From contig JBJBDC010000001.1 in NCBI GenBank assembly GCA_047285535.1, positions 1,152,136 through 1,216,135 on the forward strand: 64,000 nucleotides of DNA, given 5' to 3'. How positions within the stretch are numbered: the stretch's first letter is position 1; each line of letters starts with the position of its first letter. The position numbers were made by a program, and so were the translations under genes. This stretch comes from Synechococcus sp. (GTDB lineage: Bacteria; Cyanobacteriota; Cyanobacteriia; PCC-6307; Cyanobiaceae). This document shows, piece by piece, positions 54,383-64,000 of the stretch. The notes below the pieces were generated by a model. It saw nothing but the letters and a program-made list of their open reading frames with translations, ran no database searches and was not told the DNA's origin.

Positions 54383-55195
54383 TCAGACTCTCCGTTCGTC
54401 TCCAGGAGGTGGCCAACTTGACGCCAACAGGCTTGTAAACAAACGAATCCAGTGCTCGACGAGTGCTGTTTCCAGCTGACGTCCAATGCTGGCATCTGCA
54501 CCACGACTGTCCCCCACAACCCCGGAGACGCTTAAGTCTGCCGTGAACCAAGCGAGAGGTGCAGGCCCTTCAAGACTCCAGCCTTCAGGAGGAGTGGCTG
54601 CTGCTGCCCTCGTGACATGATCACCGTCAACGGGCCGCTGAGTACCGACCAGAGAGGGTTCGAGAGCAAGCATCAGACTGGTTTCAGCCAGCCCCGCATG
54701 CAGACCATGCGCCATCTCGCTCGACGGGATAAGAGACCGGAGTTCTGCGACACCGCTCCATAGAAAACAGGGCAGAACAGCCATGGATGGCGTTTCAACC
54801 GCCAATTCTCGTGCAGCGGCTTGCATTAACCCAATCTGCCCACCATGGGCATTGAACAGCACCAAGCGATTGAGTCCCTGGGAGCACAACTGAGTCCCCA
54901 CCTCGATGATCAACTGGGTCATTAATCCAGAGGACAAACTCAAAGTTCCAGGAAAACCTGCATGTTCCGGAGAGAAACCAATGGATTGAGTGGGAAGACT
55001 CCAAATCGGTAGATGCTGCGGAAGCTTTGACATCACAGAGGACAGAATCCGCTCTGAGAACAAAGCATCTGTCGCCAAAGGCAGATGAGGGCCATGCTGC
55101 TCAAAAGCTCCCATTGGCCAAACCATGGTGGAGCCCGATCGCTGCAATTCAGCCCCGGCCTTAGGCCAGCTCAACCTGTCCAAGCGCCGCGTCAT
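54383..55195 (-). CDS. creatininase family protein
   Basis: GAFEQHGPHLPLATD, SPEHAGFPGT, NAHGGQ, HAGLAETS; ATG 55195. Confidence 0.93.
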   Translation of the reverse strand: MTRRLDRLSWPKAGAELQRSGSTMVWPMGAFEQHGPHLPLATDALFSERILSSVMSKLPQHLPIWSLPTQSIGFSPEHAGFPGTLSLSSGLMTQLIIEVGTQLCSQGLNRLVLFNAHGGQIGLMQAAARELAVETPSMAVLPCFLWSGVAELRSLIPSSEMAHGLHAGLAETSLMLALEPSLVGTQRPVDGDHVTRAAAATPPEGWSLEGPAPLAWFTADLSVSGVVGDSRGADASIGRQLETALVEHWIRLFTSLLASSWPPPGDERRV

Positions 55196-55281
55196 CGAAA
55201 CACCTAAGTGAGCTTGTGCAGTCATGGACCGTCAAGCCTCCCATTTCCTGCCAGACTGTCCTATCGAGGATATTTGAACCC

Positions 55282-56571
55282 ATGGCGGGATCAGGAAGCC
55301 AACAATCCATAAATAACAAGGGGCAAAGCCCGGCAGCTCAGCCGCCGCGCAAGCCATTGCAAGTCATGCATATCAGTCGCAAAGACGAACAGGAACGCCT
55401 TAGCCGTGAAGCAGAAGAAGCAAGGGCAGCCGCTGATGCGGCAACGGCTCGTGCTGTTGAACTAGAACAAGCTGCGCTAAGAGCACAAAGCTCACTAGCC
55501 AATCCTCCACTAGCTGCAACTGCGTTAAGGAAGCCCCCCGCCCTTAACGATGACGCTCAAAGATTTGATACCGATGAGCTCAGTGGAATAAGCATGGCAG
55601 ACCTGCTTGGGCCTGCTGACTCGAACTCAAAAGCCCAGCGGTCCAGCCCTCCTTCGACGAAACCCTCGAACCGCAGCGTTGACGACTTCGACTTTGACGA
55701 AGGGGCTTTTTTAGCCGCACTCGATGCCAATGAACCTGTTGGCACCACAGGAGAAGTCGTCACCGGAACCGTGATCGGAATCGAAAGTGATGGTGTTTAT
55801 GTCGACATTGGTGGCAAAGCCCCTGGCTTTATGCCCAAAAACGAATGTGGTCTCGGAGTGATCACCAGCTTGAAGGAGCGGTTTCCTAAGGGGTTAGAAG
55901 TCGAAGTGTTGGTGACTCGCGAACAAAATGCCGATGGAATGGTCACCATCAGCTGTCGAGCTCTAGCGCTGCGTCAAAGCTGGGAAAAAGTTAAACAGCT
56001 TGAGAAGGAGGGTAGGGTCGCGCAGGTCAAAATCACTGGATTCAACCGTGGTGGAGTGACCTGTGATTTGGAAGGCCTGAGAGGTTTCATCCCTCGATCG
56101 CAATTGCAGGATGGGGAAAACCATGAATCTTTGGTTGGCAAAACCATGGGGGTGGCATTCCTCGAAGTCAATCCTGAAGCTCGAAAATTGGTCCTTTCTG
56201 AAAAACGAGCAGCCACTGCGGCCCGCTTCTCAGAATTGGAGGTTGGTCAACTGGTTGAAGGGCACGTAGCAGCGATTAAACCTTATGGACTATTCATCGA
56301 TCTCGGAGGAATTAGCGGACTCTTACATCAGTCAGTCATTACAGGAGGCAGCATGCGATCCATGCGCGAAATCTTTGATCAAGGAGATGCTGTCAAAGCT
56401 TTGATTACAGAATTGGATCCTGGGAGAGGACGCATCGCTCTAAACACCGCAATCTTGGAAGGCCAACCGGGTGAATTACTTGTTGACAAAGAAAAAGTGA
56501 TGGAGGAAGCGACCGATCGAGCCAACAGAGCTCGTAGCGTCCTAAAACAACAGGAACAATCAGCTGGATGA
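55282..56571 (+). CDS. rps1b: 30S ribosomal protein S1 homolog B
   Basis: Three S1 domains (VYVDIGGKAPGF, LRGFIPRSQL, YGLFIDLGG); ATG 55282. Confidence 0.9.
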   Translation: MAGSGSQQSINNKGQSPAAQPPRKPLQVMHISRKDEQERLSREAEEARAAADAATARAVELEQAALRAQSSLANPPLAATALRKPPALNDDAQRFDTDELSGISMADLLGPADSNSKAQRSSPPSTKPSNRSVDDFDFDEGAFLAALDANEPVGTTGEVVTGTVIGIESDGVYVDIGGKAPGFMPKNECGLGVITSLKERFPKGLEVEVLVTREQNADGMVTISCRALALRQSWEKVKQLEKEGRVAQVKITGFNRGGVTCDLEGLRGFIPRSQLQDGENHESLVGKTMGVAFLEVNPEARKLVLSEKRAATAARFSELEVGQLVEGHVAAIKPYGLFIDLGGISGLLHQSVITGGSMRSMREIFDQGDAVKALITELDPGRGRIALNTAILEGQPGELLVDKEKVMEEATDRANRARSVLKQQEQSAG

Positions 56572-57482
56572 TTTCCGCCGAACAGATCCAGAACGATGGC
56601 AGCAAACCGTCCAACGCAATCCTCATAGGCGATTGGGAACTCGATTTCTATTCCAGGCCAATCCTGGAGGCAGATGGCAAAAAACGTTGGGAACTTCTGA
56701 TCGTCAGCTCACCGATTGAAGAATCAAACATCACCTTTTGCTTTGAAAAACGCTGTCCAGCCGGAAGCGTCAATTCAACCTGGTTAACAAGCGCCCTGAA
56801 AGAAGCCATTGCTGCTGCTCAAGACCAGGGATTTGCCGCTCCACGCAAGGTTCGTTCCTGGAGAAGCTCCATGCGAACAATGGTGCAGAGGGCTTCTTCT
56901 GAACTAGGACTCGAGATGGTCCCAAGCCGTCGAACCTATGCCTTGTTCGATTGGCTTGCTGAGCGTGAACAGAACGTTTACCCCAACGAACAGGGCTACA
57001 TGGCAGGGCCCCTTGCGCCACCGCCATCAGCCGTTCGAACCCCGCCTCGCCCTCTACCGGAGTCTGTTCGCGGTGATGCTTGGAATTTGGCCGAACTTGC
57101 AGCATCAAACTTACGAGAAGCAACAGCGTGGCCCATCGGTTTCCGAGGTCTGCTTCCAGTGCCTGAGACGATTAGCGACGATCAAGTCATCCCTGGGCTG
57201 CGCCTGTTCAGCCAAACCAGAGCATTAGCCTTAGCAGGTCTCCTTGGTGGTCTTGAGCCTGTACGCCTCAGGATCAGCAGCACCCAACTCCTATTGGACG
57301 CGGGTCAGGATGACTGTTGGCTGGTCAGCGATCTCAGCGCAGAAGAAGCAAAGGCGGTTTCCTCTCTGATGAAACACTCTGCAGATCATGCTGATGGCTT
57401 GCAATTCCTGGCTGTTCAAACCTCACCTGAAGCTAAGCGTTTTGAAGGGTTTTGGATGCTGCGTGATCAAGCTGAACCATGA
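56568..57482 (+). CDS. Tab2/Atab2 family RNA-binding protein
   Basis: WELDFYSRP...KKRWELLI, VNSTWL, PSRRTYAL, GFWMLRD. Confidence 0.9.
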   Translation: MISAEQIQNDGSKPSNAILIGDWELDFYSRPILEADGKKRWELLIVSSPIEESNITFCFEKRCPAGSVNSTWLTSALKEAIAAAQDQGFAAPRKVRSWRSSMRTMVQRASSELGLEMVPSRRTYALFDWLAEREQNVYPNEQGYMAGPLAPPPSAVRTPPRPLPESVRGDAWNLAELAASNLREATAWPIGFRGLLPVPETISDDQVIPGLRLFSQTRALALAGLLGGLEPVRLRISSTQLLLDAGQDDCWLVSDLSAEEAKAVSSLMKHSADHADGLQFLAVQTSPEAKRFEGFWMLRDQAEP

Positions 57483-58297
57483 CCTCGGGGGCTAATCCTT
57501 TCAGCCAACCCGACACCCTGTTCAACATCCTTGATGGATGGACATGGGTGGGATGTTATGGAGGTTATTACCTCACATCGGACCCTTTACATGCTGCCGG
57601 GTTCGAGCATGGATTCTTCACCCGCCTCTGGAACAATCGAGGGCCTGATGTCTTGGCAGGATATCTCTCAGCTGGAGTGAGTATCCATCGCCCCCAACAA
57701 GTGCATAGCAACCGAGTTTTGAATGCTTCAGAAGCCTTCTGTTCACCATGGCCTGAGGCCGATGGTCTTGTGAGCGACCGCGGTGGACAAAGTCTTTGGG
57801 TTTGTGGTGCCGATTGCACCCCCGTCCTTCTTGCTGACCCTGCTAGCGGCCACGTCGCTGCCTGCCATGCAGGCTGGCGAGGTGTTGCCAGTGGAATCCT
57901 TCCTAATGCAATACAGCGTCTATCCACGAGGGGCGCTAAACCAGAACAACTGCTTATTGCCTTAGGTCCAGCGGTCAGTGGTTCTTGCTACCAGGTGGAG
58001 ACCGAGGTTGCTCAACAGGTAGGGAAAGCACTTCATTTTAATCGGGGTCTTGACCTCTGTGAAATGGAAGCTCTCAGCATTCTGCAGCCGGATCCCGATC
58101 CCCATAAGCAGCGTCTTGATATTCGTCTTGCCGCCCGAGAGCAACTCATACACTTCGGTGTCCTGGCTGAACACATCAGCATCTGTCCACTCTGCACCGT
58201 TTCAGAGCCGAGCCTTTTTCACTCCTGGCGTCGTGATCAGGTGAAAGCCGTGCATTGGAGCGGAATCGTTGGACAAGCCGCCACAGCCTCAGAGTGA
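57479..58297 (+). CDS. pgeF: YfiH/PgeF family (laccase-domain) protein
   Basis: HGFFTR, QVHS, ADCTPVL, CHAGWRG, CT...FHSWRRD. Confidence 0.9.
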   Translation: MTSGANPFSQPDTLFNILDGWTWVGCYGGYYLTSDPLHAAGFEHGFFTRLWNNRGPDVLAGYLSAGVSIHRPQQVHSNRVLNASEAFCSPWPEADGLVSDRGGQSLWVCGADCTPVLLADPASGHVAACHAGWRGVASGILPNAIQRLSTRGAKPEQLLIALGPAVSGSCYQVETEVAQQVGKALHFNRGLDLCEMEALSILQPDPDPHKQRLDIRLAAREQLIHFGVLAEHISICPLCTVSEPSLFHSWRRDQVKAVHWSGIVGQAATASE

Positions 58298-59956
58298 AAC
58301 ACTCATACGCAAGCCAACAGCCTCAGCGGCTCGAATTCCATCAATCGCAGCAGAAAGAATTCCTCCTGCATATCCAGCTCCCTCGCCTGCAGGAATGAGT
58401 CCAACTGTGTTGAGTGACTCCATCTGTTCATCCCGAGGAATCCGCACTGGAGACGATGTACGAGTTTCTACGGCTGTCAACACAGCGTCTGGATGGTCAT
58501 ACCCCTTGATACGACGAGCAAACACAGGCAAAGCCTCCTGTAAAGCCTCCACCATCGGTCTTGGTAGAAGGCTGCGTAAATCAGCAACGGAGACACCAGG
58601 CTGATACGAAGGACAAATCTCACCCAGTTCTTTTGTTGGCCGTCCTTCCAAGAAATCCTGGAGCCGCTGCACTGGAGCGCTGTAATCAGCCCCACCAAGA
58701 TGAAAGGCTTTCTGTTCCAAAGCTCGCTGAAAAGACAGCCCTGCCAATGGATCTCCAGGCCAGGCAGCATAGTCTTCCAAATCTTCTCTTGATACAGGAA
58801 CAACCAATGCGCTATTGGCATTTCGCTCATTGCGTGAATGCTGGCTCATGCCATTGGTCACCACCCGACCCACCTCAGATGTAGCTCCTACCACCAATCC
58901 GCCAGGACACATACAAAAGCTGTAAACACACCGACCATTGCCAGCATGGTGAACGAGCTTGTACTCCGCTGCTCCAAGAAGGGGATGACCTGCATTTCCT
59001 CCCCAGCGAGCTGCATCGACCAAAGCCTGAGGATGCTCGATGCGAAAACCGACAGCAAAAGGCTTGGATTCAAGGGCAACCCCAGCCTGCTGAAGCATCT
59101 GAAAACTATCTCGTGCCGAATGCCCAGGAGCCAAGACCACCTGGCGACAGGCAAAAGAGGTTCCATCAGACAACGAGAGACCAACCAATTGATATGACTT
59201 ACCAGAGGCATCAGAGTGCCCGCGGGGTTCCAGCAAAACCTGATCAACTCGACTCCCAAAACGAACTTCTCCACCTAGTTCCTCAATTTTTGCCCGCAGC
59301 CCCCTCACCACCGTCGCCAGCTTGAATGTGCCGATGTGGGGTCGATGCTGAGTGAGAATCTCGGGATTAGCTCCACAAGCCACCAGTTCTTCGAGGACTT
59401 TGCAGCCGTAATGATTCGGGTCACTGACCTGGCTGTAAAGCTTGCCGTCCGAAAAGGTTCCCGCACCGCCCTCGCCAAACTGAACATTCGATTCAGGATT
59501 GAACTTCGCCGTTCCGCGCCAGAACCCGAATGTATCTGCAGACCGAGTTTTAACAGGCTGCCCCCGTTCCAGCAGCAACGGGCGAAATCCCATCTGAGCC
59601 AGTAGGAGTGCGGCAAAATAACCACAAGGACCAGCTCCGATCACCACAGGCCGTTGTTCGGAGCCCATCCCTATCGATTTTGGAGCCTGAGCCACGAAAC
59701 GATAGTGAGTGTCTGGAGTCACCCGAATTCTTCGATCTCCGTGAATTCGTCGCAACAACGACGCTTCACCATCCACCTGGACATCAACTGAATAAATCAG
59801 CTGTATTCGATCACGACGCCTGGCATCAATGCTGCGCTTCACCAGCTGATGATGAAGCAGCCGGGATCGTGGAATCTTTAAGCAACGTAGAACCTCTTGC
59901 TCCAGAGCATCGCGGCCGTGATCCAAGGGAAGACGCAGCTCACTAAGACGCAACAC
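58289..59956 (-). CDS. FAD-dependent oxidoreductase
   Basis: IGAGPCG, FGEGGAGTFSDGKL, SFCMCPGG, ETRTSSP, GEGAGYAGGI. Confidence 0.9.
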   Translation of the reverse strand: MLRLSELRLPLDHGRDALEQEVLRCLKIPRSRLLHHQLVKRSIDARRRDRIQLIYSVDVQVDGEASLLRRIHGDRRIRVTPDTHYRFVAQAPKSIGMGSEQRPVVIGAGPCGYFAALLLAQMGFRPLLLERGQPVKTRSADTFGFWRGTAKFNPESNVQFGEGGAGTFSDGKLYSQVSDPNHYGCKVLEELVACGANPEILTQHRPHIGTFKLATVVRGLRAKIEELGGEVRFGSRVDQVLLEPRGHSDASGKSYQLVGLSLSDGTSFACRQVVLAPGHSARDSFQMLQQAGVALESKPFAVGFRIEHPQALVDAARWGGNAGHPLLGAAEYKLVHHAGNGRCVYSFCMCPGGLVVGATSEVGRVVTNGMSQHSRNERNANSALVVPVSREDLEDYAAWPGDPLAGLSFQRALEQKAFHLGGADYSAPVQRLQDFLEGRPTKELGEICPSYQPGVSVADLRSLLPRPMVEALQEALPVFARRIKGYDHPDAVLTAVETRTSSPVRIPRDEQMESLNTVGLIPAGEGAGYAGGILSAAIDGIRAAEAVGLRMSVSL

Positions 59957-59961
59957 GCGCT

Positions 59962-61236
59962 TTAACGACTCCCACCATGGTTAGACCTCAAAGAGTCATC
60001 TAAGACGCGGGTTGTCGCTTGACCAGACGGTGCCTGTCCTCGTCTCAGCACTAGGTCACTCGCCACACCCGCTAAGCGAACAGGCTGTCCCCGTTGGCGC
60101 ATCGCAATCGCTTCACACAAAGGCTTCACATCAGCATCGGGGGCAAGCCAAGCGATGGGGGCAGGAAGTCCTTTCGATGAAAGGGGCGGCGGAGCAAGCG
60201 AGGATAAAGCTAGAAGTCGGGCCACATCAAAACCAGATGCCGCCAACAAGTCAGGAGCCTCGGCCCATCGCTGCTGATAAGACTCTGCAAAAGAAGACCA
60301 CCCTGGACCATGCGCTGGCTGATCAAGAATTAATTGTGCCCAAGGCTGCTTCTGAATAGGATCCAAGCGGGCCACAGGCAGTAGCCAAACTCTTGCTGGG
60401 GTCTTAACAGAGACTCCTCCAAGCCGACCATTCTCCTGAGCCTGATCTATTTGCATCGCCAAGCGACCTGATGGATCAGCAACAAGAGCAATAGCATCAG
60501 GACGCTTCCAACCCACATCTTGAATGAATTGGCTCACCTCAGAAGCATCGTCTGGATTCACGTGGTGAACCAAGGTGTTTTCATAAGAGTCGACTGTCCC
60601 TCCCAGTGACTCAAAGGCTTCGGCATAAGCCCTAGCCATTCCTGCAGCGCGATCTGCGGGATTGGCAATCACCATGATTCTCCGCCAGCCCTGACCCAAT
60701 GTGTCTCTCGCGAGTTGGTCGATTTCGGTCTGTTGGGAAGGAATCAAAGGATGAAGCAATCCCTGAGAATCCAGCTGCACCAATTGACTCAAAGAGGCAC
60801 TCCTTTGATAAGGAAGAAGCACATTGATGTTGTGATCGTTAGCGAGCCGAGAAAAACGGGATAGATCACTAGCAAAAGGCGCGATCATTAGAGATCGCTT
60901 TGAACCCACTAGCCGAGCAGGGTCTGCGTCGCGACCGATCGTGCGCCACTCCACGATCGCGGGAAAACTCCCACACTTTCGAACCTCCTCCTCACCAAGT
61001 ACAAAACCCTGTCGAAACACAGCATGGGCAGGCAGCAAACCTTCGGTCAAAAGCGCGAGCACAGGAGCTCTAGCCTGAGTGCTCGCCGCCAAGGCTTGGC
61101 AACCCAGCAAGCTGGCAGCCACGATCAAAACCTTGCCAAAAGGAAATCGCCTGAAAAGTCGTCCCAATCTGGATCGCCTGTTGGAACCATCACCAACACT
61201 GGAATCAGCAGTGACGTCGACAACACGATCAATCAT
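59962..61236 (-). CDS. conserved hypothetical protein, probable type-1 periplasmic-binding-protein fold
   Basis: N-terminal signal/TM segment, FRQGFVLG and AASGFDVARLL segments typical of LppC/Leu-Ile-Val-binding folds. Confidence 0.55.
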   Translation of the reverse strand: MIDRVVDVTADSSVGDGSNRRSRLGRLFRRFPFGKVLIVAASLLGCQALAASTQARAPVLALLTEGLLPAHAVFRQGFVLGEEEVRKCGSFPAIVEWRTIGRDADPARLVGSKRSLMIAPFASDLSRFSRLANDHNINVLLPYQRSASLSQLVQLDSQGLLHPLIPSQQTEIDQLARDTLGQGWRRIMVIANPADRAAGMARAYAEAFESLGGTVDSYENTLVHHVNPDDASEVSQFIQDVGWKRPDAIALVADPSGRLAMQIDQAQENGRLGGVSVKTPARVWLLPVARLDPIQKQPWAQLILDQPAHGPGWSSFAESYQQRWAEAPDLLAASGFDVARLLALSSLAPPPLSSKGLPAPIAWLAPDADVKPLCEAIAMRQRGQPVRLAGVASDLVLRRGQAPSGQATTRVLDDSLRSNHGGSR

Positions 61237-61283
61237 GGGAGCCTCGGACAGAGAGGATGAGAGATCGAGTGCATTCCTACAAC

Positions 61284-61502
61284 CTAGGAAAGCTGATCCG
61301 TTTCGTCCTGACTTATCTCAGGATCTGTCGAAGGAATCAACAGGGCTAGCAAACCTGCAGCTAAGAGCATGCCCCCCAGCCCTAGAGCGAGAACCCGATT
61401 ATCACCTGCCACATCACCCCAAACGGCCGAACTAAAAAAGGCTGCTGATAAAAGCAAAGAGGGAACCATGACCACACCAGCTGCGAGGCGATTCTTTCCC
61501 AT
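61284..61502 (-). CDS. small two-TM membrane protein (GIVxVP-like)
   Basis: MGKNRLAAGVVMVPSLLL...; two hydrophobic helices. Confidence 0.7.
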   Translation of the reverse strand: MGKNRLAAGVVMVPSLLLSAAFFSSAVWGDVAGDNRVLALGLGGMLLAAGLLALLIPSTDPEISQDETDQLS

Positions 61503-61503
61503 C

Positions 61504-61860
61504 TCAGCCCTCGCTGCAACTGGACACCGCCAGCCCATTGCTCACCAATGAATCACCAAGATCTTGATCGGTACCGAGAGGAGTAACGCGTGCAATCAGG
61601 ACTCCATCTTGATTGCCTTCAGGACGAAGATTCACCCGTTTTCGACGAGGCACCACCTTTTTCAACAGATCAACCGCAGCAGCTTCATCCTCTGGATTCA
61701 CTTTGATGCAGGCCAAACGAATGCTGTAGTTGCGGTTTCGATCACCCACTTGAAGAAGAGTGGAAGAACGGACTTGCAGCACTTCTGCTGCTGTGGATTG
61801 CAAAGGATACGCAACCATTGCCAACCACAGAATCACAAGGCTGAAAAAGAAACGCATCAA
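61504..61860 (-). CDS. secreted staphylococcal-nuclease-like protein
   Basis: Signal peptide, AEVLQVR..LLQVGD.NRNY.IRLACI, SLVSNGLA. Confidence 0.7.
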   Translation of the reverse strand: MMRFFFSLVILWLAMVAYPLQSTAAEVLQVRSSTLLQVGDRNRNYSIRLACIKVNPEDEAAAVDLLKKVVPRRKRVNLRPEGNQDGVLIARVTPLGTDQDLGDSLVSNGLAVSSCSEG

Positions 61861-61913
61861 AATAGTGTCTCCTCAATCTGGCCAGAACAGTGGATTACGC
61901 TGCGCAAATTGGA

Positions 61914-63710
61914 TTATGCCGTACAAGTTCGTTTGATGTCATTAGCCAACTCAGGATGCGCGGGGAGACCGACCATCTGAGCATTACTTGCCCCTGGCGG
62001 GACCATTGGATAGCAGTTTTCCCCTCGTCTGACATGCACATCGATCAGAGTCGGACGGGGTGAATCGAGTGCATCACTCAGCTTGGAGTGAAGATCATCC
62101 CTTTCCGTAATCTTCACTCCATCAACACCGAATGCCTCAGCCAATGCACTGAAGTCAGGCATGCCATGCATCATGTTGGATGCTGAATAACGCTCGTCAT
62201 AAAAACTTTCCTGCCACTGCCGAACCATTCCTTGCCATTGGTTATTCACAATCACAACTTTGACAGGGAGTGAATACTGGGCGAGTGTTCCTAGTTCTTG
62301 AATATTCATCAGGATGCTGGCATCCCCAGCGATACAAACCACTTTCTGGCCAGGGAAAGCCACTTGCGCCCCGAGAGCAGCAGGCATACCGAAGCCCATG
62401 GTTCCGAGTCCAGCACTGCTAATCCAACAACGGGGCCCATTACGCAAATACTGCGCAGCCCACATCTGATGCTGCCCAACATCTGTGGTGATGATGGCGT
62501 CCCTAGCCAAATCACGGACAGCAAGCAGAACTTCTTGCGGATAAATGTCCCCTTCCTTGGGAGGAATAGTGAGGGGGTAACGCTCTTTCCAACAGCCAAT
62601 CTGCTCCAACCATGACGATGTCATGGACTCGCCGGAATTTTGAAGACTCTGATCAACAAGCTCGGCGAGACCCAATCCCACATCACCAAGTACGACAACT
62701 TCAGGTCTTCGATTCTTCCCAACCTCTGCGGGGTCAATCTCGAAATGAATCACCTTGGCTCTGGGGGCAAACGTGTCGAGCTTGCCTGTCACTCGATCAT
62801 CGAAGCGGGCACCAACTGCAATCAGAAGGTCGCAATCTGTGACGGCAAAGTTGGCGTATGCCGTTCCATGCATACCCAGCATGCCTAGGGCAAGAGGATG
62901 GTTCTCATCAAAAGCTCCCTTCCCCATCAAGGTGGTGGTAACAGGGATTTGGAATCGCTCCGCTAGGACCTGGAGGCTGTCGTGAGCCCCGGCACTCACA
63001 GCACCACCCCCGACGTAAAAGAGGGGTCGACTAGCAGCGCGAATCAACTCAAGAGCCTGAGAAACCGCCTTAGATTGAGGCCTTGCTGGTTGCCTGAATC
63101 CAGGCGGTTGAATCGAGCCTGGTTCAACAGGAATGTAATCGAACTCTTCTTGCCCTACGTCCTTAGGAATATCTATCAGGACGGGGCCTGGACGACCTGA
63201 AGAGGCGATAAGAAAAGCTTGAGCCACCACGGATGCAATATCAGCTGGATTACGAACAACCCAGGAGTGCTTAACGATTGGCAAGGTGATGCCGAAAATG
63301 TCTGTCTCCTGAAAAGCGTCAGTACCGATTGCGGTTCTAGGAACCTGACCTGTGATCACCACCATCGGCACAGAATCCATCTGAGCTGTAGCGATACCTG
63401 TCACCAAGTTTGTGGCTCCAGGTCCAGAGGTTCCAAAACAAACGCCAACTCGACCCGTTGCTCGAGCAAAAGCATCAGCTGCATGGGTACCACCTTGCTC
63501 ATGGCGAACAAGAATGTGCCTTAACCACCCTTCGCTCTCCGCAATATGGAGTGCGTCGTAAATGGGCAGAATCGCGCCACCCGGATAACCAAAAATGGTG
63601 TCTACCCCATGACGCCTGAGTGCATCCATGAGGGCGTGAGCGCCAGTAAGACGGCGTTGCTCCCTCGAATCCGACGATTCTGCGACCGTGGGAACGGATG
63701 TCATCGTCAC
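61914..63710 (-). CDS. ilvB: acetolactate synthase large subunit
   Basis: FGYPGGAILP, RHEQG, TDAFQE, RFDDRVTG, DVGQHQMW, GDAS...N TPP motif; GTG 63710. Confidence 0.97.
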   Translation of the reverse strand: MTMTSVPTVAESSDSREQRRLTGAHALMDALRRHGVDTIFGYPGGAILPIYDALHIAESEGWLRHILVRHEQGGTHAADAFARATGRVGVCFGTSGPGATNLVTGIATAQMDSVPMVVITGQVPRTAIGTDAFQETDIFGITLPIVKHSWVVRNPADIASVVAQAFLIASSGRPGPVLIDIPKDVGQEEFDYIPVEPGSIQPPGFRQPARPQSKAVSQALELIRAASRPLFYVGGGAVSAGAHDSLQVLAERFQIPVTTTLMGKGAFDENHPLALGMLGMHGTAYANFAVTDCDLLIAVGARFDDRVTGKLDTFAPRAKVIHFEIDPAEVGKNRRPEVVVLGDVGLGLAELVDQSLQNSGESMTSSWLEQIGCWKERYPLTIPPKEGDIYPQEVLLAVRDLARDAIITTDVGQHQMWAAQYLRNGPRCWISSAGLGTMGFGMPAALGAQVAFPGQKVVCIAGDASILMNIQELGTLAQYSLPVKVVIVNNQWQGMVRQWQESFYDERYSASNMMHGMPDFSALAEAFGVDGVKITERDDLHSKLSDALDSPRPTLIDVHVRRGENCYPMVPPGASNAQMVGLPAHPELANDIKRTCTA

Positions 63711-63769
63711 GGCATCCTCATAGAGAACTGACACTTAAGATTAAGTGTCCATCTATCCATTGGCAGAAT

Positions 63770-64000
63770 TCAGAGCAGGCCAAGAGCGTGGAGAGGACCA
63801 TGGCCGCTCAAGAGCTCGAGTAGAAAGGCGGAAAAACCAATCATTGCCAAGCGCCCATTCCAAACTTCAGAACTGTTGTTCCAGCCCCACTCCCACTTCT
63901 CCTGGGGGTAAAGCTTGACTGTGGTAGGGAGTGCAGCCGCTTGATCAAGATTCACTTCAGGACCTTCAAGGCTGGCGACGACCAAATCAGCCAATCCAGC
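63770..64000 (-). CDS. hemH: ferrochelatase, C-terminal part with CAB domain; 5' end outside the window
   Basis: [28 protein letters not shown] is the linker plus CAB helix of cyanobacterial HemH; the frame is open to the window end. Confidence 0.85.
   Translation of the reverse strand, partial: AGLADLVVASLEGPEVNLDQAAALPTTVKLYPQEKWEWGWNNSSEVWNGRLAMIGFSAFLLELLSGHGPLHALGLL

Noticed and set aside
54265..54551. Short minus-strand ORFs upstream of ols as possible ado remnants
   Set aside because: No ADO motifs (e.g. YSRINAIVIEGE); they are alternative frames over the creatininase 3' end.
63770..63994. Stand-alone high-light-inducible protein (hli)
   Set aside because: The CAB motif is preceded in frame by the ferrochelatase linker and the frame continues off the window, so it is the hemH 3' end.

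Overview
A 64-kb segment of a marine picocyanobacterial chromosome, most likely marine Synechococcus: form IA RuBisCO, an alpha-carboxysome operon and NDH-1(4) CO2-uptake genes are present, and HIP1 is not visibly enriched. The backbone is core synteny: ABC exporter (partial), hisG, gloB, futC, ridA, cbbX, acRAF, cupB-ndhD4-ndhF4, the cso/rbcLS operon, csoS1D, chlNBL, por, psaM, trpF, folE, accA, creatininase, rps1b, pgeF, ilvB and hemH (partial). Three accessory inserts interrupt it. (1) The most striking is an ~11-kb cassette between accA and the creatininase gene. It encodes a complete 2,888-aa CurM-like olefin synthase (FAAL-ACP-KS-AT-KR-ACP-sulfotransferase-thioesterase), a translationally coupled DUF6208-like protein and an Sfp-type PPTase. 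It occupies the slot where Prochlorococcus and marine Synechococcus normally carry the ado-aar alkane genes, which are absent here, so one hydrocarbon pathway appears to have been swapped for the other in place. (2) An AT-rich ~5.8-kb iron/redox island lies between acRAF and cupB. It holds a flavodoxin, a thioredoxin reductase lacking NADPH-binding motifs (FFTR-like), an IsiC-like hydrolase, a ferredoxin, small orphans and several palindromes. (3) An sdhCAB operon. Smaller signals include a frameshifted lipoprotein pseudogene, a decayed zinc-ribbon tail behind ilvB, a 20-bp direct repeat in the carboxysome promoter region and long hairpins. Gene calls come from motif reading and recalled family knowledge; no database searches were run.
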